NCBI GenBank assembly: GCA_040218735.1
Contig: JAVJQW010000043.1
Span: 368,780-432,779, forward strand
DNA length: 64,000 nucleotides
Source: Deltaproteobacteria bacterium
GTDB taxonomy: Bacteria; Myxococcota; Kuafuiibacteriia; Kuafuiibacteriales; Kuafuiibacteriaceae
Direction: 5' to 3'
Position 1 is the first letter of the stretch; each line of letters begins with the position of its first letter. A program made the position numbers and the translations under genes. The notes under the pieces were generated by a model. That model had not been told where the DNA came from. It saw only the letters and a list, made by a program, of their open reading frames with translations, and did no database searches. This document shows, piece by piece, positions 39,081-48,863 of the stretch.

Positions 39081-39183
39081 GCGCAAGCGGGTTAGCACGG
39101 TGGGCCCGGACGGCACCAGATGGAACGCGCGCCGACATTCGACGGGCTTGCACCGCCCCGAAATTCGGTATCGTCCCGGGTGC

Positions 39184-39942
39184 ATGAGCCACGGCGCCAT
39201 CACCGAGGCCATCGACCGCGTGGGCCCCCGCGGCGAGCTGAAGTTCACCCTCGCGGACATCCCCTTCGACGAGCTCCTCCTGCACCTGCACATGGCGCGC
39301 TTTACGGGGCTGGTGGAGGTCGGCGCGGGCGACGACCGCGATCGGGTCTTCCTGCGCGAGGGGTCCGTCGTGGGCCTGCGGCCCCCCGCGGAGGCGGATC
39401 ACTCGAGCCTCCGGGAGGGCATCCTCGCCCTCAAGCTGCTCACGCCGGAGGCGGTCGACGCGGTCACGGACGGCGCGCGCGATGGCCTGGAGATGGGAGA
39501 GAAGCTCGTCGAGTCTGGGCGCGTCAGCGCGGAGGAGCTCGATCGGGCCGTCGAGGAGCAGGCCCGCCGCCGCCTCTTCTCGGTCTACGATCGCTCCGAG
39601 GCCGCGGTTCGCCTCGCCGAGGGCCTGGATCGCCTCGCCCACTTCCACGCGGTCTACGTCGACGTCCGCCCGGCGATCGCATTCGGCATGGTGGTCCGCT
39701 CCGCGGCGGGGCGAAAGCAAGCCATGTTGCAGAAGGTCCGCGACAAGTCGGTCCGGCTCGTCGCCCCCTACGACGAGACCCGCAACGGCTACGGCCTCCC
39801 GCCCCCCGTCCTCCTCGCCCTCCGCGAACTCGCCGAAGGCGTCACCATGAACGGCGACATCGGCCTCCCGGGCCTGTCGTCGTCCGAGACGGCGGGGGTG
39901 TTGCTGTTGTTCGATCGGATGTCGCTGCTCAAGATCGGCTGA
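39184..39942 (+). CDS. DUF4388/PATAN-like domain protein
   Basis: 'TLADIPFDELL..RFTGLVEV..VFLREG', 'MGEKLVESG'. Confidence 0.65.
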   Translation: MSHGAITEAIDRVGPRGELKFTLADIPFDELLLHLHMARFTGLVEVGAGDDRDRVFLREGSVVGLRPPAEADHSSLREGILALKLLTPEAVDAVTDGARDGLEMGEKLVESGRVSAEELDRAVEEQARRRLFSVYDRSEAAVRLAEGLDRLAHFHAVYVDVRPAIAFGMVVRSAAGRKQAMLQKVRDKSVRLVAPYDETRNGYGLPPPVLLALRELAEGVTMNGDIGLPGLSSSETAGVLLLFDRMSLLKIG

Positions 39943-39981
39943 GTTGGGAATTCGTCGATCGATTAGGCTATCATCGCCGAT

Positions 39982-40557
39982 GTGACGAAGCAGTACGCCC
40001 AGCCAACCCTAATCGCGACCGCGGTGACCGCTTTTTTCGTGGGTGGCGCGGGTGGCTATTTCGTGGGGCAGAGCATGTCGGCGTCGGGATCGGGTGGCGG
40101 AGAGGACAAGCCGTGTAAGAACTGCGTGCTCGATCTTTGGGGCAATGACATGCGTCTGTCTATGAAGATGGGAGCCGACGAACCCGGAAACAAGGCCTTC
40201 TTCCCTATGCGGTGCGTTGTCGTTCAGACGTTCAAGGATGATGGAGACTTCCTCGGCCTACTGTACCCGGACCCGAGTAATGCTGACGATCTCAAGGGAT
40301 CGTACAAGGCGAATCACAGCTACCCGGACATTCTGCTCAAGTCCAACGTCAACGACTTCGACAAGGCGGCGGTCGCAGAGGCGCATATCTACTGGATAGG
40401 GGTGAGGGACGACCCAGACTCGAGCGCTATTCGCCCGCTCAAGAGCGGCGCTGAAAAGGCACAGGGCTTTCATGCGATCTACTTCGCCGACGGCGAGGCG
40501 AGCGCCAGCTCCTACGCGGATCCGAAATACCCAGGGATGAAATGCCCGGGATTCTAG
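39982..40557 (+). CDS. hypothetical membrane-anchored protein (lower GC)
   Basis: N-terminal TM helix; atypical codon usage. Confidence 0.6.
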   Translation: MTKQYAQPTLIATAVTAFFVGGAGGYFVGQSMSASGSGGGEDKPCKNCVLDLWGNDMRLSMKMGADEPGNKAFFPMRCVVVQTFKDDGDFLGLLYPDPSNADDLKGSYKANHSYPDILLKSNVNDFDKAAVAEAHIYWIGVRDDPDSSAIRPLKSGAEKAQGFHAIYFADGEASASSYADPKYPGMKCPGF

Positions 40558-42005
40558 CGACCAATGCCCTCGATGCATCCTTTGAGTGCATCGAGAACAT
40601 CATTCTGCTGCTCTCCGTGCCTACCGAGGACATGTGATGCCCAGGCTCTCCCGCTGAGGAAACGATGACGCTGTGCGCCAGCGATTCCGCTTAGAGTCGC
40701 GGTGAGCTGCGCCGGAGTTACGAGCCATGAGATCAACTGCATGACTCGTTCTCCCATGTCGTAGACCCGATCGTTGGTGTGGCGTGCATAAGGACCAACA
40801 GCCTCGACCTTGTCGCCACACGGAATACCCGAGGATATGAGCCTCTTTCTCCCCACCCAGATCGCGACGACCTCATCCACCCATCCACTCGTGGCGGACG
40901 GGGGCCGCACGCTTCGCCCGAACCACTGATGAGCGATCTCGTGTCCGAGGACATCTTCGGACACTCCCTCCGCGATCCAGATCGCGCCCGCATACTCCTG
41001 CCCACGTGAATCACTGGATTTCATCCCTGGAGGCGGCCCGCCTCCACGTTTTCCGTCCAGATGCTCGAGTCTCCAGAGCTGTTCCGCAAGACTGCCTTTT
41101 GGGCCCACCTCGATCTTGAGCTCTTCGAAGGGGAATGTCCCGAGTCGGCCGATCAACCGTTCGAGGATCTCCGGAACAAGCGCCGCTACGCGCCCGAGCT
41201 CGTCACTGGGCTTGTCTACGCGCAACGAGACGTGAATCTGGACTCTCGTTGGCCTTTCGTTCCGTTTGATTTCGAGCTTCTCCGCGCCTCGCACCAAGTG
41301 GAGATAGAAGGACGCTGAGTTGCTCCAACTCGAGAAGGTGATTCGCCAGCGATTGGGGCGGAGATTCGACTTACGTCCGTTTGTGAAGACCTCATAGCCC
41401 GAAGAAGCATTCTTGACATGGAGTTCAGTGCGAAGCCGGAAAGTGTCGAACTCGAAGTTCGAAGGAAAGTACGCGTCGCTCAGATAGACATCAGGCGCGA
41501 TGCAGGGGATCGTACAGCTACTGACGTCGGTCATGTCGAACGCCAGTTCCGCCCCGTACTTCTTGCTCGCTGGAAATCGACCAGTCAGTTCATAGTCGAT
41601 TTCGACGCGATAGGGCTTGACGCGGGGGCGCAGTGGGACGGGCGTCCGTAGGACCTGCACGCTGGCATCCTCTTCGCTTCGCGACTCAGTCGTCAGCCGA
41701 TCCGGATCTAGAACGCGGCTGTCGAGTGAGATCCGTTTGGGCTTCAACGCGAATAAGAAGAACGGGTGGCCAACCTCGTCGACCGTGAAGGTCATCGTGG
41801 CCTTGGCGCGGATGATGTCTTTGGATTCGTCGAGGACGTAGAGGACCTCGACGTCTTCGATATCGATGGGTACGGCTGCAACGCCGCCATTCGATGAAAA
41901 TGTCGGGGGTGCGTACTCGAATGAGCTAGAGCATCCCCAGACGGCCGACACAAACGCCGAACTCAACGCAACACGATATCCCCACGATTTGGCTGACCGA
42001 AACAC
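40554..42005 (-). CDS. M1-family (gluzincin) aminopeptidase-like lipoprotein (lower GC)
   Basis: 'GQEYAGA' (GxMEx-like), 'HEIAHQWFG', 'WVDE'; lipobox-like 'VWGC'. Confidence 0.8.
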   Translation of the reverse strand: MFRSAKSWGYRVALSSAFVSAVWGCSSSFEYAPPTFSSNGGVAAVPIDIEDVEVLYVLDESKDIIRAKATMTFTVDEVGHPFFLFALKPKRISLDSRVLDPDRLTTESRSEEDASVQVLRTPVPLRPRVKPYRVEIDYELTGRFPASKKYGAELAFDMTDVSSCTIPCIAPDVYLSDAYFPSNFEFDTFRLRTELHVKNASSGYEVFTNGRKSNLRPNRWRITFSSWSNSASFYLHLVRGAEKLEIKRNERPTRVQIHVSLRVDKPSDELGRVAALVPEILERLIGRLGTFPFEELKIEVGPKGSLAEQLWRLEHLDGKRGGGPPPGMKSSDSRGQEYAGAIWIAEGVSEDVLGHEIAHQWFGRSVRPPSATSGWVDEVVAIWVGRKRLISSGIPCGDKVEAVGPYARHTNDRVYDMGERVMQLISWLVTPAQLTATLSGIAGAQRHRFLSGRAWASHVLGRHGEQQNDVLDALKGCIEGIGR

Positions 42006-42042
42006 AATTGTACTCTATCGCACCTACGACCGTAGCGCCCGG

Positions 42043-42813
42043 CTAACCCAGCATCCCCAGCACCGCGTCGTGCAGCGGTCCGTTGCTCCCGACCGCGTGG
42101 CCCTCGTGCACCGAGTCGCCGCCGTCGAACGTCGTCCAGCGACCGCCGGCCTCCTCGAGCAGGATCTTCGTCGGCGCGAGGTCCCACGGCTGTACGCCGT
42201 GCTCCAGCCAGACGTCGGCGAGGCCGTCGAGGAGCATCGCGACGCCCTTGAGGTCGCCGTAACACCGCGCCGAGGCGGCGCCGCGGACGACGCGGGTCAC
42301 GGCGTCGCCGTGCGGAGGGGACAGCAGCGGGCCCATCTCGCCGAGGCTCACGGTGGCGTCCGCGAGGGCATCGATCGCCGTCACCCGGCAGCGCGCTCCG
42401 TTCTTGAAGGTTCCGCCGCCCTTCTTCGCCCAGTACTGGTCCCCGAGCGCCGGGAGGCCCATCGCGCCGATGACGACCTCGCCGCGCAGCTCCAACGCGA
42501 TCAGCGCGCCCCAGAACTTGCCGCCCCGCGTGAAGCCGCGGGTGCCGTCGATCGGGTCCACGATCCAGCGTGCGTCCGCCGCCTTGTCCTGCTTGCCGCT
42601 CTCCTCGGCGAGGATGGAGTGCTCCGGGAACGCCGCGGTGATGACGTCGAGAATCGCCACCTCGGAGTCCCGATCCGCCGCCGTCACCGGCGATCGGTCG
42701 GGCTTCGTCTCCACCTTCACCCCCTGGTCGTAGTGTTTCATCGCCGCCGCGGCGGCTGCGTCGAGGGCGCGGCGGGCGACGTCCAGGGCGCGATCGAGGT
42801 CGACTTCGGTCAT
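42043..42813 (-). CDS. inositol monophosphatase family / histidinol-phosphatase-like
   Basis: 'SPVTAAD', 'AEE', 'WIVDPIDGTRGF', 'PWDLA'. Confidence 0.9.
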   Translation of the reverse strand: MTEVDLDRALDVARRALDAAAAAAMKHYDQGVKVETKPDRSPVTAADRDSEVAILDVITAAFPEHSILAEESGKQDKAADARWIVDPIDGTRGFTRGGKFWGALIALELRGEVVIGAMGLPALGDQYWAKKGGGTFKNGARCRVTAIDALADATVSLGEMGPLLSPPHGDAVTRVVRGAASARCYGDLKGVAMLLDGLADVWLEHGVQPWDLAPTKILLEEAGGRWTTFDGGDSVHEGHAVGSNGPLHDAVLGMLG

Positions 42814-42902
42814 GGCGCCGGAGGCTAGCAGAGGGTCGGACGCGGGTCCCGGCCGACAGAGCGCTTGACTCGGGTCCGACAAGTTCGGACACACGAGCCG
42901 CC

Positions 42903-44072
42903 TTGCGCCGAACGCCGATTGCGCACGTGATCTTCCCGCGGCCGAACCTCTTGCGGCCGGTGCCGGAGTTCGCGTGGGAGGCCGTCCGGGCTCACGCTCA
43001 GACCGACGACCTCGACGTCGCCGTTTACATGCCGGTGCCCGTGCGCGCGATCCAAAAGCTGCACGGGAAGGTTCGCGCACGTCGGGGCGCCGCGCCGTGG
43101 CCGGACGGCCTCGAAGAGGCGCTCCTCGCGCTGGAGCCGCGGCCGAAGCTCGTTCGTTACGTCCCCGTGCCGCGCCGCTCGACCGAGGTCGCGACCGCCG
43201 CGATCGCCGCGCACCTGCTGAAAGGGCCTCGCGCCCGGCAGCCGGCGGTCGTCCACGGATCGTTCCTCGACGAAGGCGGCTACGCCGCGTCCCAGGTCGC
43301 ACGTGTCCTCGGCGGGCCCTCCGTCGTCGTGGCGCACGGGACGGACGTCCGCGTCGCCCGCGGCCTCGCCGACGGCGGCATCAACCGCAAACGTCGCGCG
43401 CTGCACGCGCTGCGCGACGCCGCACGCGTCCTCGCCGTGTCGCAGGATCTCGCGCGGGAGCTGTCGTTCCTCGGCCAGCGCGCGGAGGTCATGCAGTTCA
43501 CCTCGCGCGGGAGCCTGTTCCCCGTCGCGCGCAAACCGCGCGGGGCACCGGAGCTGCTGTTCGTCGGTCGCGTCGGTCGCCCCAAGGGCGTCGACGTCCT
43601 CCTCGCCGCCCTGGCGCAGGTCAAGACCGAGGGGGTCACGCTGCGGCTCGTGGGGCCGGTGCTGCCGGGCTTCGACGTCGAAGCGCAGGCCGCCGCCCTC
43701 GGGCTCGCGGACCGCGTGATCGTGGAGGGCGAGCTCGCGCAAGCTGACTTGCCAGAGCGCTACGCGGCCGCGTCCTTGTTGGTGCTCCCGTCGCGCGGCG
43801 AGGGCCTGCCGTGTGTCGCCGTCGAGTCGCTCCTCACTGGGCGCCCGGTCGTGGCGAGTGAAGTGGGCGGCCTCTCGGAGCTGATCGACGATCGCGTCGG
43901 CCGGCTCGTCGCGCCCGAGGACCCCGCCGCGCTCGCCGCGGCGATCGACGACGTCCTCGCGCACAAGAAGGACTTCCGCCCGCGGAACCTTCGCGCTCGC
44001 GCCGAGCCCCTGACCTGGGAGCACGTCGGGCCGAGGCTCTGCGACCTGACGCGGTCGCTGATCTCCACCTGA
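42903..44072 (+). CDS. glycosyltransferase family 4
   Basis: 'AHGTDV', 'LFVGRV..KGVD', 'PSRGEGLPCVAVESL..GRPVV'. Confidence 0.9.
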   Translation: MRRTPIAHVIFPRPNLLRPVPEFAWEAVRAHAQTDDLDVAVYMPVPVRAIQKLHGKVRARRGAAPWPDGLEEALLALEPRPKLVRYVPVPRRSTEVATAAIAAHLLKGPRARQPAVVHGSFLDEGGYAASQVARVLGGPSVVVAHGTDVRVARGLADGGINRKRRALHALRDAARVLAVSQDLARELSFLGQRAEVMQFTSRGSLFPVARKPRGAPELLFVGRVGRPKGVDVLLAALAQVKTEGVTLRLVGPVLPGFDVEAQAAALGLADRVIVEGELAQADLPERYAAASLLVLPSRGEGLPCVAVESLLTGRPVVASEVGGLSELIDDRVGRLVAPEDPAALAAAIDDVLAHKKDFRPRNLRARAEPLTWEHVGPRLCDLTRSLIST

Positions 44073-44088
44073 GCGGTATCATCGGGGC

Positions 44089-45942
44089 GTGAGCTCGAGA
44101 CCCGACAGCACGTCGACGCGAATCGGGCTCGTCCTCGACGGTCGGTTCGTGCTCGAGCGCGCGATCGGGCAAGGCGGCGCGGGCACGCTCTGGGTCGCGA
44201 CGGATCAGCAAGGCGGCGGACGGGTCGCGGTCAAGCTGCTCCACAAGACGCTTCGGGGCTCACCGGACGCCATCGCGCGCATTGCACGCGAAGCGCGGGT
44301 GCTGATTCGGCTCGACCACCCGAACGTGGCGCGCGCGATCGCAATCGAGGTCGAAGGCCCGCGCCCCTACCTCGCGATGGAGCTCGTGCCCGGCGTCGAC
44401 CTGCTCGAAGCCATGCACGATCGCGTCGACCGGCGCGCGGTGTTCACCGCTGCCGAGGTCGATCGAATCGCGGCGGACGTCGGCGGTGCGCTCCAACGCG
44501 CGCACGACGCCCAAGTGGTACACCGCGACGTGAAGCCGGCCAACCTTCGGCTTCGGCCGGACGGGTCGTGTGTGGTCCTCGACTTCGGCATCGCGCGCGT
44601 CGAGGAGGTCGCGCGGGATCTCGCGACGACCGCCGGGCGAACGATCGGGACGTACACGTACATGTCGCCCGAGCAGGCGCGCGGCTCACCCGAGATCGCG
44701 GGGGCGTCCGATCAGTTCTCACTCGCGGTGGTGTTGTTCGAAGTGCTCACGCTGCGCCGGCTGTGGGTGCGCGCCGAGAGCGGCGCGCCGCTGCCGATGG
44801 ACCAGGCGCCGCCCGCAGGCGGCAACGACGTGATGTCGCTGCTCGACCGCATCGTCGCCGGGCCCCGCCCCCGCATCGAATCGATCGTCCCGGCGTACGC
44901 GCCGCTCGACGAGATCTTCGTGCGCGCATTGGCGCCGAAGCCATCGACTCGCTTCGAGAGCATCGCGGCGTTCGTCGCGGCGTTTCGCGCGACCCTCGCA
45001 ACCTGCGATGCACCCCGTCCCGCGACGCCGGTGCCGGGGCGCGGCTCGACCGAGGCACGCCCGTCGTCGAACGAAGGTCCCGCCGCCGCGCGGTTGCCGA
45101 ACGCACGTCCTTGGATGGCGACGACCACGTCCAACGCCGTCACCGCCCCGGGGCGCCCCCCGCGGGACGGCGCGCGGACCGCCCCGTTTGCCATCGGTCC
45201 CGGTCAGGGTCCCGGTCCCGGTCCCGGTACCGGTACCGATTCACCCCAGGAGGACGTCGCGCCAACGCGCGCGGTGCCCTTCGAGGCCGACGAGCCCATC
45301 TCCAACACGGTGACGCGCCCGAGCGCGCCACCGCCGCGCCGCCGCGCGTGGAGTGGAGTCGTGCTCGCAACGGTGATCCTCGCCGTCGCCGCGACCGCAG
45401 GCTGGGTTGCATTTCGTCTGGCCGAGCCTCCCGAGGAGTCGCCGCCGCCCCGGACACCGTCGGCGCGCCCGGCGCCGCCCCGGACACCGTCGGCGCGCCC
45501 GCCGCCGTCCCCGACTCCGTCGGCGCGCCCGGCGCCGATCGCCGCACCCGTCCCCGCCGCCGCACCCGTCCCCGCCGCCGCACCGGTCCCCGCCGCGGTG
45601 CCGCAGCCGACGGACGTGACACCGAGCGCGCCTCCGCTCGCGGAGCCGCCGCCGAAGGCCCGACGTCGTGCGTCCGAGCCCCCACCGAGGAAGGTTGCAC
45701 CGAAGGCGCCGCCGCCGGACCCCGTCGCGGCGCTGAGCCGACGACTCGATGCGCTCCGCAGCAGGCCCGACGATCTCGCGGCGCTCCGCGAGCTCGCGCG
45801 CGCGATCGAAGCAGCGGCCTCCACACGATCCCCGGCCGTGCAGACACGGGTGCGTCGGCTGGTGCGTGCGTCGGAGGCGCGCGCGGATCTCGAGGGGCTC
45901 GCGACGGCAATTCGCGCGCTGCGATCGTCAGAGCGCCCATGA
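44089..45942 (+). CDS. membrane Ser/Thr protein kinase with Pro-rich extracytoplasmic region
   Basis: 'IGQGGAG', 'VAVK', 'HRDVKPAN', 'DFG', 'YMSPEQ'; TM helix. Confidence 0.93.
   Translation: MSSRPDSTSTRIGLVLDGRFVLERAIGQGGAGTLWVATDQQGGGRVAVKLLHKTLRGSPDAIARIAREARVLIRLDHPNVARAIAIEVEGPRPYLAMELVPGVDLLEAMHDRVDRRAVFTAAEVDRIAADVGGALQRAHDAQVVHRDVKPANLRLRPDGSCVVLDFGIARVEEVARDLATTAGRTIGTYTYMSPEQARGSPEIAGASDQFSLAVVLFEVLTLRRLWVRAESGAPLPMDQAPPAGGNDVMSLLDRIVAGPRPRIESIVPAYAPLDEIFVRALAPKPSTRFESIAAFVAAFRATLATCDAPRPATPVPGRGSTEARPSSNEGPAAARLPNARPWMATTTSNAVTAPGRPPRDGARTAPFAIGPGQGPGPGPGTGTDSPQEDVAPTRAVPFEADEPISNTVTRPSAPPPRRRAWSGVVLATVILAVAATAGWVAFRLAEPPEESPPPRTPSARPAPPRTPSARPPPSPTPSARPAPIAAPVPAAAPVPAAAPVPAAVPQPTDVTPSAPPLAEPPPKARRRASEPPPRKVAPKAPPPDPVAALSRRLDALRSRPDDLAALRELARAIEAAASTRSPAVQTRVRRLVRASEARADLEGLATAIRALRSSERP
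45445..45600 (+). repeat. in-frame tandem repeats in the kinase linker
   Basis: About three copies of PPRTPSARP and three of 18-bp AAPVPA. Confidence 0.75.
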
Positions 45943-46023
45943 CAACGATTCGCGCGCTGCGATCGTCAGAGCGCCCATGACAACGATTCGCGCGCTGCGA
46001 TCGTCAGAGCGCCCATGACAACG
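45910..46023. repeat. 38-bp direct tandem repeat, three copies
   Basis: attcgcgcgctgcgatcgtcagagcgcccatgacaacg at 45910, 45948 and 45986. Confidence 0.95.
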
Positions 46024-47134
46024 CGGTGGACGAGGCCACGCCGCCGAGCAGGCCGACCGCCATCGACCACCACAGCGGTTCCTCCTCCGCGAAGAACACG
46101 GTCGACAACGACCACACCGCGCCCGTCACGCCGAGCCCGACCGCGAGGGGCAGGAACTCGGGGCCGCCGTCGACGGCGCTCGGATCGGTGGTCGGCGCGA
46201 CCGGCGCCGTGTAGCCGAACCCCAACGCGCCGACGCTGGGACAACCCAAGGCCCCCGCGCGCATCAGGCACGTCGCCTGGGTGTCGTCGCTGGTCGCGGC
46301 GGCGCCGTAGATCCCGACGCCGACCGCCGCCGCGGCGACGGCGAGGCCGGCGTACAAGGCGGCGTTCCGGAGCACGGGGACCTCGGGCGGCGCCGGCATC
46401 ACCACGCGCGCCGGTGTTCCGAGCACGACCGTGACGCGCTGGGTGAACGCCGGCGCGTCATCGCGGGTCAGCGTGATCTCGCGGGCGCCGGGCCGCACGT
46501 CGCGGAGCGTGGCGGTCGTCGCCTCGATCGCTCCGACCGTGCGCCCGTCGAGCGCGACCACCGTGGAGCCCGGTCCGAAGACCTCGATCTCGATGGAGGC
46601 GAGCGCTCCCCAGAAGCCGGTGAGTTTGTCGCGGAAGGTAGCGTCGAGGACGTCGGCGGCGTGAGCGCGCAGCGCGTCGCGCTCCAGGCGAACCGGAGAC
46701 AGCGGCGTCGACTTCGAGGCCGAGAACAGCCGGTCCTCCTGCTCCGCGCGCGAACCTCCGCCGCTCGTGATTCGCGTCGCCTCTTCGAGATCGATCATCG
46801 TCAGCCCGAGCCGCGCGGGTTGGCCGGGGTGGACGTCCGCGACGAAGAGGAAGCGCGCCGTCGGGAACGACGCGCGGACGGTGCGCGAGGTGCACCCGAA
46901 GCGCTCCTCGAAGCTGCACCGTCGTAGTGCGATCTCGTCGACGCCCGCCTGCTCCAGCGACGAGATCTCCAGCGACGTCTTCGTTTCGATGGCCGTCGTC
47001 ATCCCCTCCAGCACCAGCGCGGTCGAGACGCCGAGCGGGACGTTGCGCGGCGTGACGATCATCAGCGCGGCCGGGGTGCGCTCCCCGGCGGTGAGCGTCG
47101 TGGCTGCGACGAGTGCGAGGAGCGCGGCGTTCAT
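46004..47134 (-). CDS. exported/membrane hypothetical protein with PEGA-like segment
   Basis: Signal peptide; 'VALDGRTVG..VRPGAREITL'; C-terminal TM segments. Confidence 0.6.
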   Translation of the reverse strand: MNAALLALVAATTLTAGERTPAALMIVTPRNVPLGVSTALVLEGMTTAIETKTSLEISSLEQAGVDEIALRRCSFEERFGCTSRTVRASFPTARFLFVADVHPGQPARLGLTMIDLEEATRITSGGGSRAEQEDRLFSASKSTPLSPVRLERDALRAHAADVLDATFRDKLTGFWGALASIEIEVFGPGSTVVALDGRTVGAIEATTATLRDVRPGAREITLTRDDAPAFTQRVTVVLGTPARVVMPAPPEVPVLRNAALYAGLAVAAAAVGVGIYGAAATSDDTQATCLMRAGALGCPSVGALGFGYTAPVAPTTDPSAVDGGPEFLPLAVGLGVTGAVWSLSTVFFAEEEPLWWSMAVGLLGGVASSTALSWAL

Positions 47135-48768
47135 GGCGTTGGCGTGAGGCGGACGAGCTCGGCGTCCCACGGGAAGAGCAGGACGACGCGCCCCGAGGCG
47201 TCGGTGCGGATGCGGCCGGGCATCGAGTCCGAGATGGACCACTTGCCAGGGAGGAGGCGGTCGGTACGTTCGTCGTAGAACGTCAGCTCGGTGATCATCG
47301 GCGGGAGCACGTACTCCAAGGCCACGATCAGCAAGCGGTCCTGCGGCCAGCCGTGAATGGCGACCGCGTCGTTGTTGGTGAACATCGGTCGTCGCAGCTT
47401 GCGCTCGCCGACCACGTGCACGGCCTGCCGGAGCGCCACGGCGACCGTGGATCCCGCGGCGTACAGGTCGTTGATGTCGGCGCTCGTGAAGTCGTGCGGG
47501 AGCGCCGTCGCCGAAGCACCGCCCGCGACGAGGTCGATGTCGACGAACGACTGCTGTTCGACCCCGGCGACGACGAGGTGGGTTCCGCGGAGCGTCGCGA
47601 CCCACGGCTCACGAGGTTCCGTTCGATTGAAAATACGGCTAGACAGGAGGGTGCGTGTGTCGAGCTCGACCGCCAAGAACCGGAACTCTACCGGGGCGGT
47701 CTCGCGGGCTCCGAACACCGCGTAGGCGGTGGTGTCCGCGACGAGGAGATCGACGGCGCGGTACTCCGCGACGTTCACTTCGATCTGAGGAAACGCGGCG
47801 GTTGCGGTGCGGGTGCCGGCCGCGTCGTAGGTCGCGACGTGCCACCGCCCGCCGTCCGCGACCAGACCGATGACCCCCGCGGGTGTCGACGCGAGGCGGT
47901 CCAAGCAGCCCGTGACCTCCACGGTGTCCTGCACCACGAGGTCGTCGTCGACGACGAGGAGGCGGCGCGCGGCGTTCGGATCCGCGCAGTCCTGGGGCAC
48001 CGTCGTGCGGGTCGCGACGAGCATGTGGTCTTCGACGAACGCAAAGTCCACGAGCACGCCCGCCCGGCGATCCGCGGGGACGGGGCGCTCGGACATGGTG
48101 ACGGGCAGCGGCGTCGCGATCGTCGCGCGCTCCACAGTGTAGGGGGCCGGGCCGGACACCGCGTCGTGCAGCGTGAACGGGCACTCGGCGAGGTCTGCGG
48201 TGGCGTCGACACACAGCGTCCCGTCGTCGCGTCTCGACACGAACAGCTCGGGCCCGTCGCACCGCGCGAGGGAGTACGTGTGAAGGCAGCCCGCGGTCTC
48301 GACGACCTCGAGCGCACACGGCCGCGCCGTACAGCGGTTCTCGACCCAGATCGCGGCGGGGTCGGGCGGCGTGCAGATGTCCTCCAGCCAAGACGCGGTC
48401 AGCCGGGGGACGGTCGTGGGGTCGACCGAGGCCCCGACCGGATCCGCGGCCCACGTCGGCGCCGGGAGCGCCGACGCGCACCGTGACTCGGCGCTCCGCA
48501 GCGGCTCCGTGAACGGGCCGTCCCCGTCCGCGAGCGTCAGCTGCGCCTCGGTGAACCCGACGACGACGTGCCTGCGGGCGCCGTCCACGAACACCGGCAG
48601 CCCCTCGGACGGCGCCCAGCGAACCAGCGGCGTCGCCGCGACGACGTCTTCACCGTCGAGCTGGACCACCGCCGCGTAGGCGATCGAGGCCGGTGCGTCG
48701 ACGGCGACGTCCTGGGTCGGGCGGCAAGCCAACGCGACGACGAACACCAACGCCGCAGGCACCCGCAC
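47131..48768 (-). CDS. hypothetical lipoprotein
   Basis: SD GAGGT; lipobox 'ALAC'; beta-rich; stop overlaps next start. Confidence 0.65.
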   Translation of the reverse strand: MRVPAALVFVVALACRPTQDVAVDAPASIAYAAVVQLDGEDVVAATPLVRWAPSEGLPVFVDGARRHVVVGFTEAQLTLADGDGPFTEPLRSAESRCASALPAPTWAADPVGASVDPTTVPRLTASWLEDICTPPDPAAIWVENRCTARPCALEVVETAGCLHTYSLARCDGPELFVSRRDDGTLCVDATADLAECPFTLHDAVSGPAPYTVERATIATPLPVTMSERPVPADRRAGVLVDFAFVEDHMLVATRTTVPQDCADPNAARRLLVVDDDLVVQDTVEVTGCLDRLASTPAGVIGLVADGGRWHVATYDAAGTRTATAAFPQIEVNVAEYRAVDLLVADTTAYAVFGARETAPVEFRFLAVELDTRTLLSSRIFNRTEPREPWVATLRGTHLVVAGVEQQSFVDIDLVAGGASATALPHDFTSADINDLYAAGSTVAVALRQAVHVVGERKLRRPMFTNNDAVAIHGWPQDRLLIVALEYVLPPMITELTFYDERTDRLLPGKWSISDSMPGRIRTDASGRVVLLFPWDAELVRLTPTP

Positions 48769-48863
48769 GGGCGCACGATCACCTCATTTCACGTCGACGG
48801 GCAAGGCGAGCGCCGCGGCGCAGTCGTGGTGCGCGAGGGGGTGCGGTATCCTCCGCGACGTTC

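Noticed and set aside
45910-46023. Possible CRISPR array (38-bp repeats)
   Set aside because: Repeats are head-to-tail with no spacers, and there are no cas genes
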